A stretch of 64,000 nt of DNA, taken from NCBI GenBank assembly GCA_016432625.1, contig CP066697.1, positions 17,415 to 81,414 of the forward strand, given 5' to 3'. Position 1 is the first letter of the stretch. The number at the start of each line of letters is the position of its first letter. Both the position numbers and the translations under genes were made by a program. The notes below the pieces were generated by a model, which saw nothing but the letters and a program-made list of their open reading frames with translations, was not told the origin of the DNA and did no database searches. This DNA comes from Candidatus Berkelbacteria bacterium. Its GTDB lineage: Bacteria > Patescibacteriota > UBA1384 > 2-12-FULL-50-11. Below, one piece after another: positions 20,009-28,856 of the stretch.

Positions 20009-20684
20009 CGGCTATCTCCCAAACATCAATATCGCTGCCGCTCATTAGGTCGTAACCGCCAGAGGCGGCTTTGACTATAACCTTGGCGACCTGTTCCGGT
20101 GGCCGCCCGCCCCAGTCGTTCATCTGGGTGTTGATGCCGTCAGGGTTAACGGCGTAGATTTTCAGCGACGGTAACTCTTGTGCGAGGCCTTGAGTAAAAC
20201 CGCGGACGGCAAACTTGGTAGCGCAGTAAGCTACATGCTCTGCCCCTGCCCGCTTGCCCGCCTGCGAGCCGATATTGATGATCGTTTCTTGGATTTGCGG
20301 CAGTAGAGCGTTAGTGAGTTTCATCAGGCCAGTAACATTAACCGCGACCTGCTGGTCGATCTCGTCAAAACTCATATCGCTGAAGAACTTCCAAATCAGA
20401 ATGCCGGCGTTGTTAACAAGCACGTCAATGCTGCCGAAATCGGTCTTGGTATTTTTTACGAATTCATGAATCTGGTCGTCATTTGTAACGTCGAGCTGGT
20501 AGAACATAACTTTCGGCGCGCCAAGTTGACGACATTTATCTTCGACCAGTTTTGCTTCCTCGGGTTTCGAGAGATAAGTCAGGGCCAGCTTGCAGCCCGC
20601 TTTGGCGAACTCGTAAGCCGTTACTTCTCCGATACCGCGCGAGGCTCCGGTGATGAGGACAGTTTTGCCGGCAAGCTCATTCAT
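19998..20684 (-). CDS. Short-chain dehydrogenase/reductase (SDR)
   Basis: 'GKTVLITGASRGIG' Rossmann motif, catalytic 'YCATKFAV'; start placed at MNELAGK (20684), preceded by a TGnTACAAT extended -10 only 6 nt upstream (leaderless). Confidence 0.8.
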   Translation of the reverse strand: MNELAGKTVLITGASRGIGEVTAYEFAKAGCKLALTYLSKPEEAKLVEDKCRQLGAPKVMFYQLDVTNDDQIHEFVKNTKTDFGSIDVLVNNAGILIWKFFSDMSFDEIDQQVAVNVTGLMKLTNALLPQIQETIINIGSQAGKRAGAEHVAYCATKFAVRGFTQGLAQELPSLKIYAVNPDGINTQMNDWGGRPPEQVAKVIVKAASGGYDLMSGSDIDVWEIADEN

Positions 20685-20760
20685 GAGCTGATTGTAGCAC
20701 TTCACAAGGGAAGTTTTTGGGGTAAAGTAACGTTTGCGTACCCAACTTGAAGGAGTGAAC

Positions 20761-20874
20761 ATGCTCTGGGACATTCTCATAATCGCTGCACTTGCCCTGG
20801 GCGGCGGCTACTTTATCTACTGGTTTCTTGTCGGTAGAGAAGCAGTCGGTGCCCCGGAGGAAGCTGAAAGATAA
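20761..20874 (+). CDS. Small hydrophobic peptide (37 aa), possibly the frameshifted N-terminus of a longer protein
   Basis: GAAGGAG RBS 6 nt upstream of the ATG; MLWDILIIAALALGGGYFIYWFLVGR... is a single TM; the +1 frame continues to 21049 as a polar 55-aa tail. Confidence 0.3.
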   Translation: MLWDILIIAALALGGGYFIYWFLVGREAVGAPEEAER

Positions 20875-21112
20875 GCAGGACGTGACGGCGGCAACCGTCG
20901 ATAAACTCCTGCAAGACGCCCACGTTAAGCCGGCCTCTGACTTCAAGGTCGTTACCTCGGGATCAAATCTCGACAGTACGGCCTCGGATGATGAGATTGC
21001 CGGTAGCGCTAAAGCGACTCTCGACAAGCTTCAACGCCCCAACTCGTAGCCACGCCCTACTTCCTAGCGAAGTGGGGCGTCCGTCTACCCGCCTTCATTT
21101 TTAGCTCGACTA

Positions 21113-21529
21113 TTGCTAGAATGGCGCAACATCTGGGAGGAACCGATGACGTACCTATACTCTTTTCTTGGCCAACTCGTCACTGTGCTGGTTTTCGCCG
21201 GCGTGACCTACATTCTTGGTGTCAGGCGACACCGCGCGGCTCATATCGCGTGGGCGATCGTCACGACTTTGGTGCTGCTGTGGGTTATTCACCTGGCCGA
21301 AAGTCTGGGGCGCCAGCTTGCCTTCGACCGGACGGCGTATCTCGTCCACATGCCCTCAGTGGCGCTGACCTCGCTGAGCTTTATCTTCGTGGTGGGCTTT
21401 GGCGTCGCGCTGGCTCGGGGCAAACACGTTAGGTCAAAGCACCGAACATCGGTGCTAACCTTCCTGTTCAGCCTCATCCCAACCGCAATCAGCGGCATTT
21501 GGCTCGTTTCTACCGCCAAGCCGCTCTAA
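21113..21529 (+). CDS. Hypothetical integral membrane protein (4 TM)
   Basis: Four hydrophobic helices; no recognised family. Confidence 0.4.
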   Translation: MLEWRNIWEEPMTYLYSFLGQLVTVLVFAGVTYILGVRRHRAAHIAWAIVTTLVLLWVIHLAESLGRQLAFDRTAYLVHMPSVALTSLSFIFVVGFGVALARGKHVRSKHRTSVLTFLFSLIPTAISGIWLVSTAKPL

Positions 21530-21550
21530 GCGGAAAATCCAGTAAGCCCC

Positions 21551-22249
21551 TCATGGTCGATCATGCGGGGCTTGTCTGTTTTCATAGGCAGCTTTCCCTA
21601 TTAAATAGACCGCCCACCCTACGACAATCACGGCCATCAGTTGCACTGTGCCGAGCGCTAATAACTGCGGACCGAAAAAGTAAACAATTACGCCCCAAAT
21701 TATGCCCCACACAAAGTAGGCAATCGCCGAATAGAGCAGGAAGTGCTGAAAATTCGCTTGAATAATGCCGGCGCTTGTGGCAGTGAGGGCGCCGATATTG
21801 GGGTGAAAGTAGCTCGATAGAATAATGGGCAATCCCTTTTTCTCCAGGCGTAGCCGCGAATTTTCGAGCGGCGTCTTCAAACCGAAGCGCAAGAACAGCC
21901 GATACCAGCCGTAGCGGCCGATTAAGTAATTAATGACGGCTGTAAGCAGGAAAGCTAGCATAATCAGGAATATTACCAGCGGCACGCTTTGGTTGTTCTC
22001 GCGGGCAAACACTACGCCCAAAACCGCAACCGCCGACCCTGGCAAGTACCAGTTGATAAACAACAGCCCTTCGCCGAGCGCTGCTAAAAAGACTACCCAG
22101 TAACCGTACTGGGCGTAGTAAGAACGGGCGATGCTAATAAATTCGTCAGCTTCCGGCAACCCAAGCAAGCGGTAAATGAAGCCAAACAGGACGAAGGAAA
22201 CTACGGCGATCAATAAGACTGTTACCAGGCGTTTCGTCGGTGTACGCAC
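21551..22249 (-). CDS. DedA/TVP38 family membrane protein
   Basis: 'YGYWVVFLAALGEGLLFINWYLPGSAVAVLGVVFA' DedA core motif. Confidence 0.75.
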   Translation of the reverse strand: MRTPTKRLVTVLLIAVVSFVLFGFIYRLLGLPEADEFISIARSYYAQYGYWVVFLAALGEGLLFINWYLPGSAVAVLGVVFARENNQSVPLVIFLIMLAFLLTAVINYLIGRYGWYRLFLRFGLKTPLENSRLRLEKKGLPIILSSYFHPNIGALTATSAGIIQANFQHFLLYSAIAYFVWGIIWGVIVYFFGPQLLALGTVQLMAVIVVGWAVYLIGKAAYENRQAPHDRP

Positions 22250-22286
22250 CTAGGAATTGTAACAGATAGTGAGACGGGCTCCCTTT

Positions 22287-22943
22287 TCAGGGAGCCCGTT
22301 GACGAGGTAACTCGCTTAGACGTTCGTAGTTGCCAAGGTGACGCAGGGTCACCAGTACCGCAATGAGCCCACTGACAAGCAGGTTGTCTAGTACAAGCGA
22401 CTTGCTGATTACCGCGTCAGCGATAAAGAGCCCGACACTTAACCAGACGCCTGCTGTTGAGGCAACAGCGGTCCGCTCGGGGAGCCACCAGCTTCCAAAC
22501 GCCTTAGCCCAGAGCTTGACAAGCAACCAGACAACAAAGCAGATCAGCCCAACTGCCCAATTTAGGGCGAGGGTGATGCCGAAGCCCGTCGCGACGCCTT
22601 TACCGCCCCGGCCGCGCATGAAGGGCGAGAACATGTGGCCCGTAAGTGCCGCAATGGCGACCCAGACAAGCCAGATGTGATCGAACCCGCCGTAAAGCGG
22701 ATAGAGAAATACCGGCAGGAACCCTTTGGCGGCGTCGAGGAGCATGACTGCTGTTCCCCAACCTTTGGCCTTCTTGGGGCCGAAAACCGCTTCCAGTGCC
22801 CGCTCGACGTTTGTGGCGCCGATATTGCCGCTACCGTAGCGACGGATATCGATGCCGTGGACGAGACAGACTAGGTAGCCGAACGGGATCGACCCGATCA
22901 CAAAGCCGCCTAGGATAAACGCACGATCGTATGTAGAGAACAC
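22287..22943 (-). CDS. plsY: Glycerol-3-phosphate acyltransferase PlsY
   Basis: 'GSGNIGATNVERALEAVFGPKKAKGWGTAVMLLDAAKGFLPVF' PlsY motifs; GTG start at 22943 with a GGGGGAGG RBS (the ORF track extends to 23021). Confidence 0.8.
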   Translation of the reverse strand: MFSTYDRAFILGGFVIGSIPFGYLVCLVHGIDIRRYGSGNIGATNVERALEAVFGPKKAKGWGTAVMLLDAAKGFLPVFLYPLYGGFDHIWLVWVAIAALTGHMFSPFMRGRGGKGVATGFGITLALNWAVGLICFVVWLLVKLWAKAFGSWWLPERTAVASTAGVWLSVGLFIADAVISKSLVLDNLLVSGLIAVLVTLRHLGNYERLSELPRQRAP

Positions 22944-23050
22944 AGTTTCAAACCTCCCCCTAAGGGTACTAGCGCGAATTTTACGCATTTTAAACCTTAT
23001 AATCAAGTCCTTACGGTGCAAAAATCGCGGCTTTGTACTAGTATGACAGC

Positions 23051-23803
23051 ATGAACGAAGTAACTCTGCGTTTTGATTTCAGAATCATCACTATCCTGTT
23101 GTTGGTCGTGATTGGCGTCATGCTGGCGCTGTGGCAACCGTGGGCAGAAGCTGACAAACGTACCGTCACCGTTAGCGGCGAGGCCACAGTTAAAGCCGAG
23201 CCAGATGAATTTATCTTCTACCCGTCGTATCAAAAAACCGGTAAAGACAGCGCGGAAGCGATCTCGGCAGTTTCAGCATTCGGTAACGCAGTCGTCGATA
23301 AACTCAAGGAACTGGGCGTCGAGGACAAAGAGATCGTTGTGAATAGCTCCGCCAATAAAGATTACGAAGTCATGTTGGGTCGGCCAGATCCGGCGCCGAC
23401 AGGTGACGGCACTTACACGGCGTACTACTCGCTGACAATAACCCTCAACGACAAAACGTTGGCGCAGAAAGTATTAGACTATATCGTTACAACCTCGCCG
23501 CTAAGCGGTGTATCCCCCCAAAGCACCTTCGCAACGCAAACCAGAAAAGACCTAGAGTCGCGAGCTCGCGCCGCGGCACTCAAGGACGCACGCACCAAAG
23601 CGGAGCAAACTGCTAACGAGCTTGAGGCCAGTATCAGACAGGTGGTCTCAGTCTCGGAGCCACAATGGGGTGGTGTGGTACCAATGGCGCTTGATAGCCG
23701 AGCGATGGCTACCGATCCGGCCGAAACCTTGAGCGCTCCGAAACTGCTTGTTGGCGAGCAAGATGTGACGTACGCCGTACAAGTAGTCTTCCGCTTGCGC
23801 TAG
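23051..23803 (+). CDS. SIMPL/DUF541 family periplasmic/secreted protein
   Basis: N-terminal TM then 'VTVSGEATVKAEPDEFIFYPSYQKTGKDSAEA' SIMPL signature. Confidence 0.7.
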   Translation: MNEVTLRFDFRIITILLLVVIGVMLALWQPWAEADKRTVTVSGEATVKAEPDEFIFYPSYQKTGKDSAEAISAVSAFGNAVVDKLKELGVEDKEIVVNSSANKDYEVMLGRPDPAPTGDGTYTAYYSLTITLNDKTLAQKVLDYIVTTSPLSGVSPQSTFATQTRKDLESRARAAALKDARTKAEQTANELEASIRQVVSVSEPQWGGVVPMALDSRAMATDPAETLSAPKLLVGEQDVTYAVQVVFRLR

Positions 23804-24319
23804 TTGATGACGGCCGGAATAAAGACAGAACGTAAGTGGTTGGTGAGCGCTCTTACCCTCGAGAGTTTCGCTGTCAAGAAAATCATTCTGCAAGAGCAGG
23901 GGTATATCGCGCCGCCCTCTGGTAAAAGGGGTTTTCTGCGGCTTCGACTCGAAGAAGACATAGATGGTAAAGGCGCGCCGCGTTACCTATTAACTATCAA
24001 GAGCGCTGACGTCTTAAACGAAGATCCGCCCGATCATGAGATTTCGAAGCGAGAATTTACAATATTATGGCCCTGGACCGAAGGCCGCCGAGTCAAAAAA
24101 CGCCGGCAGGTAATTGAGCTTGACGGCCGGCTTTATGATTACGATACCTATATATTCGCTTCGGACCCGGAGCTATACATTCTCGAGTCAGAATTCGATG
24201 ACGAAGAGGCAGCGGCTAGCTTTGTCTTGCCAGAGGCGTTTGGTAAAAGTCGAGACGTTAGTAATGATCCGCGCTATAAAGCGAACAGTATCGCCACCAA
24301 TGGACGTCCGCTAGATTGA
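23804..24319 (+). CDS. CYTH (triphosphate tunnel metalloenzyme) domain protein
   Basis: 'ERKWLV' N-terminal motif with paired acidic residues typical of CYTH/ThTPase. Confidence 0.55.
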   Translation: MMTAGIKTERKWLVSALTLESFAVKKIILQEQGYIAPPSGKRGFLRLRLEEDIDGKGAPRYLLTIKSADVLNEDPPDHEISKREFTILWPWTEGRRVKKRRQVIELDGRLYDYDTYIFASDPELYILESEFDDEEAAASFVLPEAFGKSRDVSNDPRYKANSIATNGRPLD

Positions 24320-24360
24320 CGGCGCTTTTCATCAGGCAAAATAGGACTACAATTATTTTG

Positions 24361-24888
24361 ATGGATTTCAAAAAGCGCGCCCCCCTATTTATAGGGATCG
24401 GTCTGCCAGTACTTATGGTGCTTGTAGTCTGGGCCAGCATCTCGCTTCCGAAACTGTTCGTTGACGCCCCGCAGCATAACTTCATTTATAGCGTTGACGT
24501 TGGCAGCTACTACGGCGGATCATCAGTTTACTACGCGGTTGAAAACAACCAGTTGGTCAGTCATCCAGTTCCGAAATATGCAAGCGACGCGTCGCAGCCA
24601 ACGATGCCCCCGCCAACATTATATTTGCACGACCTTGCCACAAACCAGAGCGAGGAGCTTAGTTTGGCTGACGCCCAAAAATACAAACTCAGTTCCGGAC
24701 CAAAATCTGCCGACGGTTTCGAGGTTGTGCCGGGCAGCTACGGCGGTGGCTTTCCACTGTTTTACGACGGCGGCTCCGGCCCAAAGTATTTTTTGAAAAA
24801 AGGCAGCTACACCAAAGAGATTGCGGTTCAGCAGTCTGGTAGCTACTACACTCCATATAGTTTTCACTTCTTAGGGTGGATCGAGTAG
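24361..24888 (+). CDS. Hypothetical membrane-anchored exported protein
   Basis: Signal-anchor 'LFIGIGLPVLMVLVVWASI' then a Tyr/Gly/Ser-rich soluble domain; the ORF track begins at the TTG 24316. Confidence 0.4.
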   Translation: MDFKKRAPLFIGIGLPVLMVLVVWASISLPKLFVDAPQHNFIYSVDVGSYYGGSSVYYAVENNQLVSHPVPKYASDASQPTMPPPTLYLHDLATNQSEELSLADAQKYKLSSGPKSADGFEVVPGSYGGGFPLFYDGGSGPKYFLKKGSYTKEIAVQQSGSYYTPYSFHFLGWIE

Positions 24889-25875
24889 ATGGATCGGGAG
24901 ACCTTGCTTCAAGCAATTCGGGAAGCCGCAGCGCAAAATACACTCACTCGAGAGGAAGTCGTTAGCGCTTACGACCAGACTACTTCTGTAATACCAGTAC
25001 CCGTATCAGCTACTAAACATCTTGGTGCCTCGGAGATGCTCTACTATATCGGCGGAGCGATCGTGTTCTTGGGTATCGCCATTATGATCGGTGGCAGCTG
25101 GCAGACTTTATCGGTGCTCTCCCGACTGCTTGTCACACTTGGCTCGGGTGTTGTTGCTTACGTCTTGGGGGCGATGTTTATCCGCGAACAACGTTGGGGC
25201 GGGCTCTCCAACGCCTTCTTCCTTATAAGCGCCCTAGTCCTGCCGGTTGGGTTACTTACTGTCTATGACGCCGCCGGTTTGTCGCTTAGCGAGAGTATGA
25301 CGCAGTTGACGATTACGGCGATCCTAACGGCCCTATTCGGCATCTCTTACTGGTATTACCGTAAGGTTATTTTCACTCTTTTTACGGTTATCTTCTCAAC
25401 GGCGTTATACTTCAGCGCCCTTTACGCAATCTTAGGTAGCAGCCCAGCGTTTAGCGCCGATGTCTTTCTTTACGGATTCCTGGTTGCCGGCCTGACGTAC
25501 GGCCTGCTCGCCTACCACTTCACTACTGATGCTGAAAATCGCGTCCTTACTCCCTGGCTGTACACCGGTGGCTCGTTGGCGTTTTTCGGTTCGGCGTTAG
25601 GCCTTGGGGGATTCTCGCCGAGCGCGAATGCGTTCTGGGAAATTATCTATCCGGGCTTGGTCTTTGGGGCAATGTTCCTGGGGATTAATCTGAAAATCCG
25701 GGCGCTACTAATTTGGGGCGCCATATTCTTAATGGCTTATATCGTCAAAATTACTGCCGAGTATTTCAGCCAGGGCCTAGGCTGGCCGTTAGCGCTGGTG
25801 ATTGCCGGCTTGTCGCTGATTGGCGTTGGATACTATATGTTCTACCTCAACCGCAAATACCTTTCGGTTAAGTAG
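24889..25875 (+). CDS. Polytopic membrane protein with N-terminal soluble helix (DUF2157-like)
   Basis: ~30-aa polar N-terminus then eight or more TM helices. Confidence 0.4.
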   Translation: MDRETLLQAIREAAAQNTLTREEVVSAYDQTTSVIPVPVSATKHLGASEMLYYIGGAIVFLGIAIMIGGSWQTLSVLSRLLVTLGSGVVAYVLGAMFIREQRWGGLSNAFFLISALVLPVGLLTVYDAAGLSLSESMTQLTITAILTALFGISYWYYRKVIFTLFTVIFSTALYFSALYAILGSSPAFSADVFLYGFLVAGLTYGLLAYHFTTDAENRVLTPWLYTGGSLAFFGSALGLGGFSPSANAFWEIIYPGLVFGAMFLGINLKIRALLIWGAIFLMAYIVKITAEYFSQGLGWPLALVIAGLSLIGVGYYMFYLNRKYLSVK

Positions 25876-26286
25876 CTACTCTATCAGCTTGTCGTCGCCA
25901 TTTATAACTGTCGGTTTCATGGCGATAATTTCGCTCGAATAAAGCATCTCGGGAATCGGATTAAGTAAGAAAATTTTCTGCTCCCAAAAGTAAGCCATGG
26001 CCATATCCATTAGAGTATTGCCGCCGATGTAGTTTTTGATGCCGCGCTTGTCGTAGTTCAGAACCAGTAAGGCGTCGGCCCCATCCATCCTCTGCCAAAA
26101 GTGTTTTATCGCGTCCTGGTTGAACTTGAGCTCTAGCTTGATCGCTTCTTTTTCCTCGTCCGTCTTGCCGGCCATTTTGGCAGTTTCCATCGAGACTTCG
26201 GCCTGATGACCGAGCTGCTCTAATTGATGTTTCCACTCCATCATCTGATCCGCGAACTGCATACTGCCGGCGATGACTATCTTCAT
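25876..26286 (-). CDS. Nucleoside 2-deoxyribosyltransferase-like (flavodoxin-like fold) protein
   Basis: 'MKIVIAGSM', 'DALLVLN' and '[23 protein letters not shown]' resemble the NDT family core; its ATG overlaps the msrB stop (ATGA). Confidence 0.35.
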   Translation of the reverse strand: MKIVIAGSMQFADQMMEWKHQLEQLGHQAEVSMETAKMAGKTDEEKEAIKLELKFNQDAIKHFWQRMDGADALLVLNYDKRGIKNYIGGNTLMDMAMAYFWEQKIFLLNPIPEMLYSSEIIAMKPTVINGDDKLIE

Positions 26287-26663
26287 CTCTTTTTGAAGTC
26301 CAAGCTCGTTGAGTTGACGCAATAACGCAGTCCAGTTTTGTCGCTAGGTCCGTCATCAAACACGTGTCCCAGATGACCGCCGCAATTAGCGCAGACAACT
26401 TCGGTTCGAGTCATGCCGTGCGAGGAGTCAGTTTTTAGCTCGACATTACCCTTGCTTAAAACGTCGTAAAAGCTCGGCCAACCAGAGTGCGACTCGAATT
26501 TGGTGCCGGAATCAAACAGCGGCTTACCGCAGGCGGCGCAGTTGTATGTGCCGTCTTCGTGATGGTCGACAAACTTACCTAAGAATGGCGCGTCGGTGCC
26601 GCCCTCGCGCAAGACGCGATACTGCTCGGGCGTCAGCTTATTTTTCCACTCATCGCTTGCCAT
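26283..26663 (-). CDS. msrB: Peptide-methionine (R)-S-oxide reductase MsrB
   Basis: Two CxxC pairs and the catalytic 'RYCVNS' region (SelR). Confidence 0.9.
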   Translation of the reverse strand: MASDEWKNKLTPEQYRVLREGGTDAPFLGKFVDHHEDGTYNCAACGKPLFDSGTKFESHSGWPSFYDVLSKGNVELKTDSSHGMTRTEVVCANCGGHLGHVFDDGPSDKTGLRYCVNSTSLDFKKR

Positions 26664-27222
26664 TATTGACGGTATTGTAGCGGAAACAACTTACTAAATG
26701 GTCATTGACTAGCCCAGCGCCCTGCATGAAAGCGTAGCAGATCGTTGAACCACAGAACTTGAAGCCGCGTTTCTTTAAGTCTTTGCTCATCTCATCTGAC
26801 TCGGGGGAGGTGGAACCGATATCGGAATCATGGGTGTGGCGATTTACCACTGGCTGACCGTTCACAAACTGCCAAATATAATGATCGAAACTACCGAACT
26901 CTTTTTGAACTTCCAAGAAAGCTTTGGCGTTACTGATTGTGCCAAGAATCTTCAGGCGATTGCGGATAATGCCCGTATCGTTCAACAGCCGCTCAAAATC
27001 TTCATCATCAAAACTAGCAATTTTTTGAATAGCAAAATCGGCAAATGCTTGGCGCAATCCCTCCCGCTTTTTGAGGATGATTGCCCAACTGAGGCCGGCC
27101 TGAAATGTATCAAGCAAAATGTACTCAAAAAGTTTTTGGTCGTCGTGACAAGGCACGCCCCACTCCTCGTCGTGGTACTTTAACATGAGCGGGTCGGTTC
27201 CCGGCCAACTACAGCGCTGCAT
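26650..27222 (-). CDS. tag: DNA-3-methyladenine glycosylase I
   Basis: 'YHDEEWGVP', '[23 protein letters not shown]' Tag signature and the C-terminal Zn-binding Cys/His. Confidence 0.85.
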   Translation of the reverse strand: MQRCSWPGTDPLMLKYHDEEWGVPCHDDQKLFEYILLDTFQAGLSWAIILKKREGLRQAFADFAIQKIASFDDEDFERLLNDTGIIRNRLKILGTISNAKAFLEVQKEFGSFDHYIWQFVNGQPVVNRHTHDSDIGSTSPESDEMSKDLKKRGFKFCGSTICYAFMQGAGLVNDHLVSCFRYNTVNNGKR

Positions 27223-27471
27223 TATTCATCAATAGCAAAAAGTGGCGGGGCGCACGAGGCGCCCCAGTCGAGATTCACTTGTCGTATACCGCGACGTAAC
27301 AGTTGCCGGTACGCCTGATCAGCCACGGTCCCAGGAATGGGATCCAGCCGACCAGCAAGTTAAAGCGCCAACGGCGGTCGAGTTTGCGGAAAGCCGGATC
27401 TTTGGGATCGGCTGCTTCCACGGAGACAGAAAGTACCTTCATGAGCCACCTCCAGGGGTGCTGGGGTTATC

Positions 27472-27951
27472 TTAAGCTTTTTCCTTCAGTGCCGCTATGG
27501 TTTTCTCAATCCTACGCATCCGGGTCTCGGGTTTTTTCGCCTCGACAATATAACCCAGGTGTTCGCGCTGATGCGAGAAGGGAAGCTGGAAGAATCTTTC
27601 TAGCAATTCGGCCTTTTCGAAGGCCGACCGAACGTCTGACTCTAGCTCGACGTTACGTTTACCAGCATCTAGCCAAACGGTCACTTGAACACTTTGGCCT
27701 GGCTCTTTGGCTAACTGCTCACGGACGTCTTTGCGCAGCAATAGCATCGCACGATCACCGCCCATCATCGCTAAACTGCCGCGGTAATCGACTTTATCGT
27801 CAAAGCGCGCTTTTACGGGCACTAAGTTGCCTTTGCCGTAGGTTTCCTTGAGGTTGAAGGGAAAATCCACCCAGGCACCCCCGTTGTCTGTAGAGCCCTT
27901 TTGAATTTCAGCTTCAAATTCGATCGGGCCGGGGTCCCTAAGCGCCGACAT
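27472..27951 (-). CDS. DUF1905 + YdeI/OmpD-associated family protein
   Basis: N-terminal DUF1905 beta-barrel pattern and C-terminal '...KKPETRMRRIEKTIAAL' YdeI-type tail. Confidence 0.55.
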   Translation of the reverse strand: MSALRDPGPIEFEAEIQKGSTDNGGAWVDFPFNLKETYGKGNLVPVKARFDDKVDYRGSLAMMGGDRAMLLLRKDVREQLAKEPGQSVQVTVWLDAGKRNVELESDVRSAFEKAELLERFFQLPFSHQREHLGYIVEAKKPETRMRRIEKTIAALKEKA

Positions 27952-27957
27952 TAACTT

Positions 27958-28338
27958 CTACTTGGCGGTCTTAAGCATCTGCATCAAGCCGAAGACGTTA
28001 CCTTGCGGATCCTCACAATAGCACCAGCGCATAATATCTTCCGGCCCCATCGGCATATCGGCCAATGGTTTAACGACTTTGCCCCCATTCTTTTCGACTT
28101 CGGCGATGGTGGCCTCGATATTTTCGGTTTCGATGGTGTTTGTAGTCTTTTCCTGCTGAAACCGCTTCATGATGCCACCAAAGATTGCCCCAACGGCTCG
28201 ATCCTCTTCTTTGCCGACCATCCAATAGCCGGAATCTCCCCACTGGTTGATCTCCCAGCCGAGCGCCTTTTGATAGAACTCTGATAATTTTTCTGGGTCC
28301 TCTGCTCCAATTTCAAAGTGAACAACTCGATTTTTCAT
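27958..28338 (-). CDS. VOC (glyoxalase/bleomycin-resistance/dioxygenase) family protein
   Basis: 'VVHFEIGAEDPEKLSEFYQKALGWEI' and 'EDPQGNVFGLMQ' VOC repeats. Confidence 0.7.
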   Translation of the reverse strand: MKNRVVHFEIGAEDPEKLSEFYQKALGWEINQWGDSGYWMVGKEEDRAVGAIFGGIMKRFQQEKTTNTIETENIEATIAEVEKNGGKVVKPLADMPMGPEDIMRWCYCEDPQGNVFGLMQMLKTAK

Positions 28339-28353
28339 GGTTTTTTGACACAG

Positions 28354-28518
28354 CTAACAGCTGCAATTAACTTGGGCTTCGTTGCAACCAGCACACTTGG
28401 GCATGCAGTGCTCGCCACCGTGCTCATGAGCATCGTCGTGCTCATCAGACTCGGCTCCACAGATATCGCATTTAAATCCCACTGTCTCGTTGTCGCATTT
28501 AATGCATTTAGCCATCAT
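28354..28518 (-). CDS. Unannotated 54-aa Cys/His-rich metal-binding protein (zinc-ribbon CxxC-x10-CxxC plus His-rich tail and CxxC..CxC end)
   Basis: Not in the ORF track (<60 aa). AAAGGAGG RBS 5 nt upstream of the ATGATG; translation MMAKCIKCDNETVGFKCDICGAESDEHDDAHEHGGEHCMPKCAGCNEAQVNCSC; its stop lies 15 nt before the VOC start codon. Confidence 0.5.
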   Translation of the reverse strand: MMAKCIKCDNETVGFKCDICGAESDEHDDAHEHGGEHCMPKCAGCNEAQVNCSC

Positions 28519-28590
28519 CGCCTCCTTTATTTAGCTTTTCATCAGGCTAGCAGAAATGCGGGGTTTTTTGAACTAATTTTCCCCCAACCG

Positions 28591-28619
28591 GCGGAAGAGG
28601 TGGGATTTGAACCCACGAT
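28591..28619 (-). repeat. Exact 29-nt copy of the 3' end (T-arm + acceptor 3' strand) of the adjacent tRNA-Ser, without a 5' half
   Basis: GCGGAAGAGGTGGGATTTGAACCCACGAT is identical at 28591-28619 and 28690-28718; no matching 5' acceptor strand downstream, so it is not a complete tRNA. Confidence 0.6.
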
Positions 28620-28690
28620 TTCGACCAACGGGAGAACTCACGGGTTCTTACCCGTTTCCAGAAACCAATTCTTTAATGCGCACTCTGTCG

Positions 28691-28777
28691 CGGAAGAGGT
28701 GGGATTTGAACCCACGATACCCTTGCGGGTAAACCGCCTTTCCAAGGCGGCGCCATAGGCCACTAGGCGACTCTTCC
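28691..28777 (-). tRNA. tRNA-Ser (anticodon GGA), type II with long variable arm
   Basis: Manual fold of the reverse complement: acceptor GGAAGAG/CTCTTCC, D-arm GCC..GGC, anticodon stem CCGCC/GGCGG with loop TTGGAAA, 17-nt variable arm, T-arm CGTGGGTTCAAATCCCACG, discriminator G; CCA not encoded. Confidence 0.75.
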
Positions 28778-28791
28778 ATAACGAACGTACG

Positions 28792-28816
28792 CGCGTGAGT
28801 TTTCTGAACGCACGCG
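28792..28816 (-). other. 6-bp GC hairpin between the tRNA 5' end and the upstream 5'-fragment copy
   Basis: CGCGTG / CACGCG stem with a 13-nt loop; function unknown. Confidence 0.2.
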
Positions 28817-28856
28817 ATGATTTTGCCAACTGGCCTTCTTTCGCAATGCTCAAGAC

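Noticed and set aside
28591-28690. A second complete tRNA next to tRNA-Ser
   Set aside because: Only the T-arm and acceptor 3' strand are present; no 5' acceptor strand (GGAAGAG or wobble variants) and no D or anticodon arm could be folded from the 100 nt upstream
28318-28758. 146-aa + strand ORF spanning the tRNA locus
   Set aside because: Overlaps the tRNA-Ser and the RBS-supported Cys-rich small gene on the opposite strand; an artefact of an open frame in a GC-rich spacer
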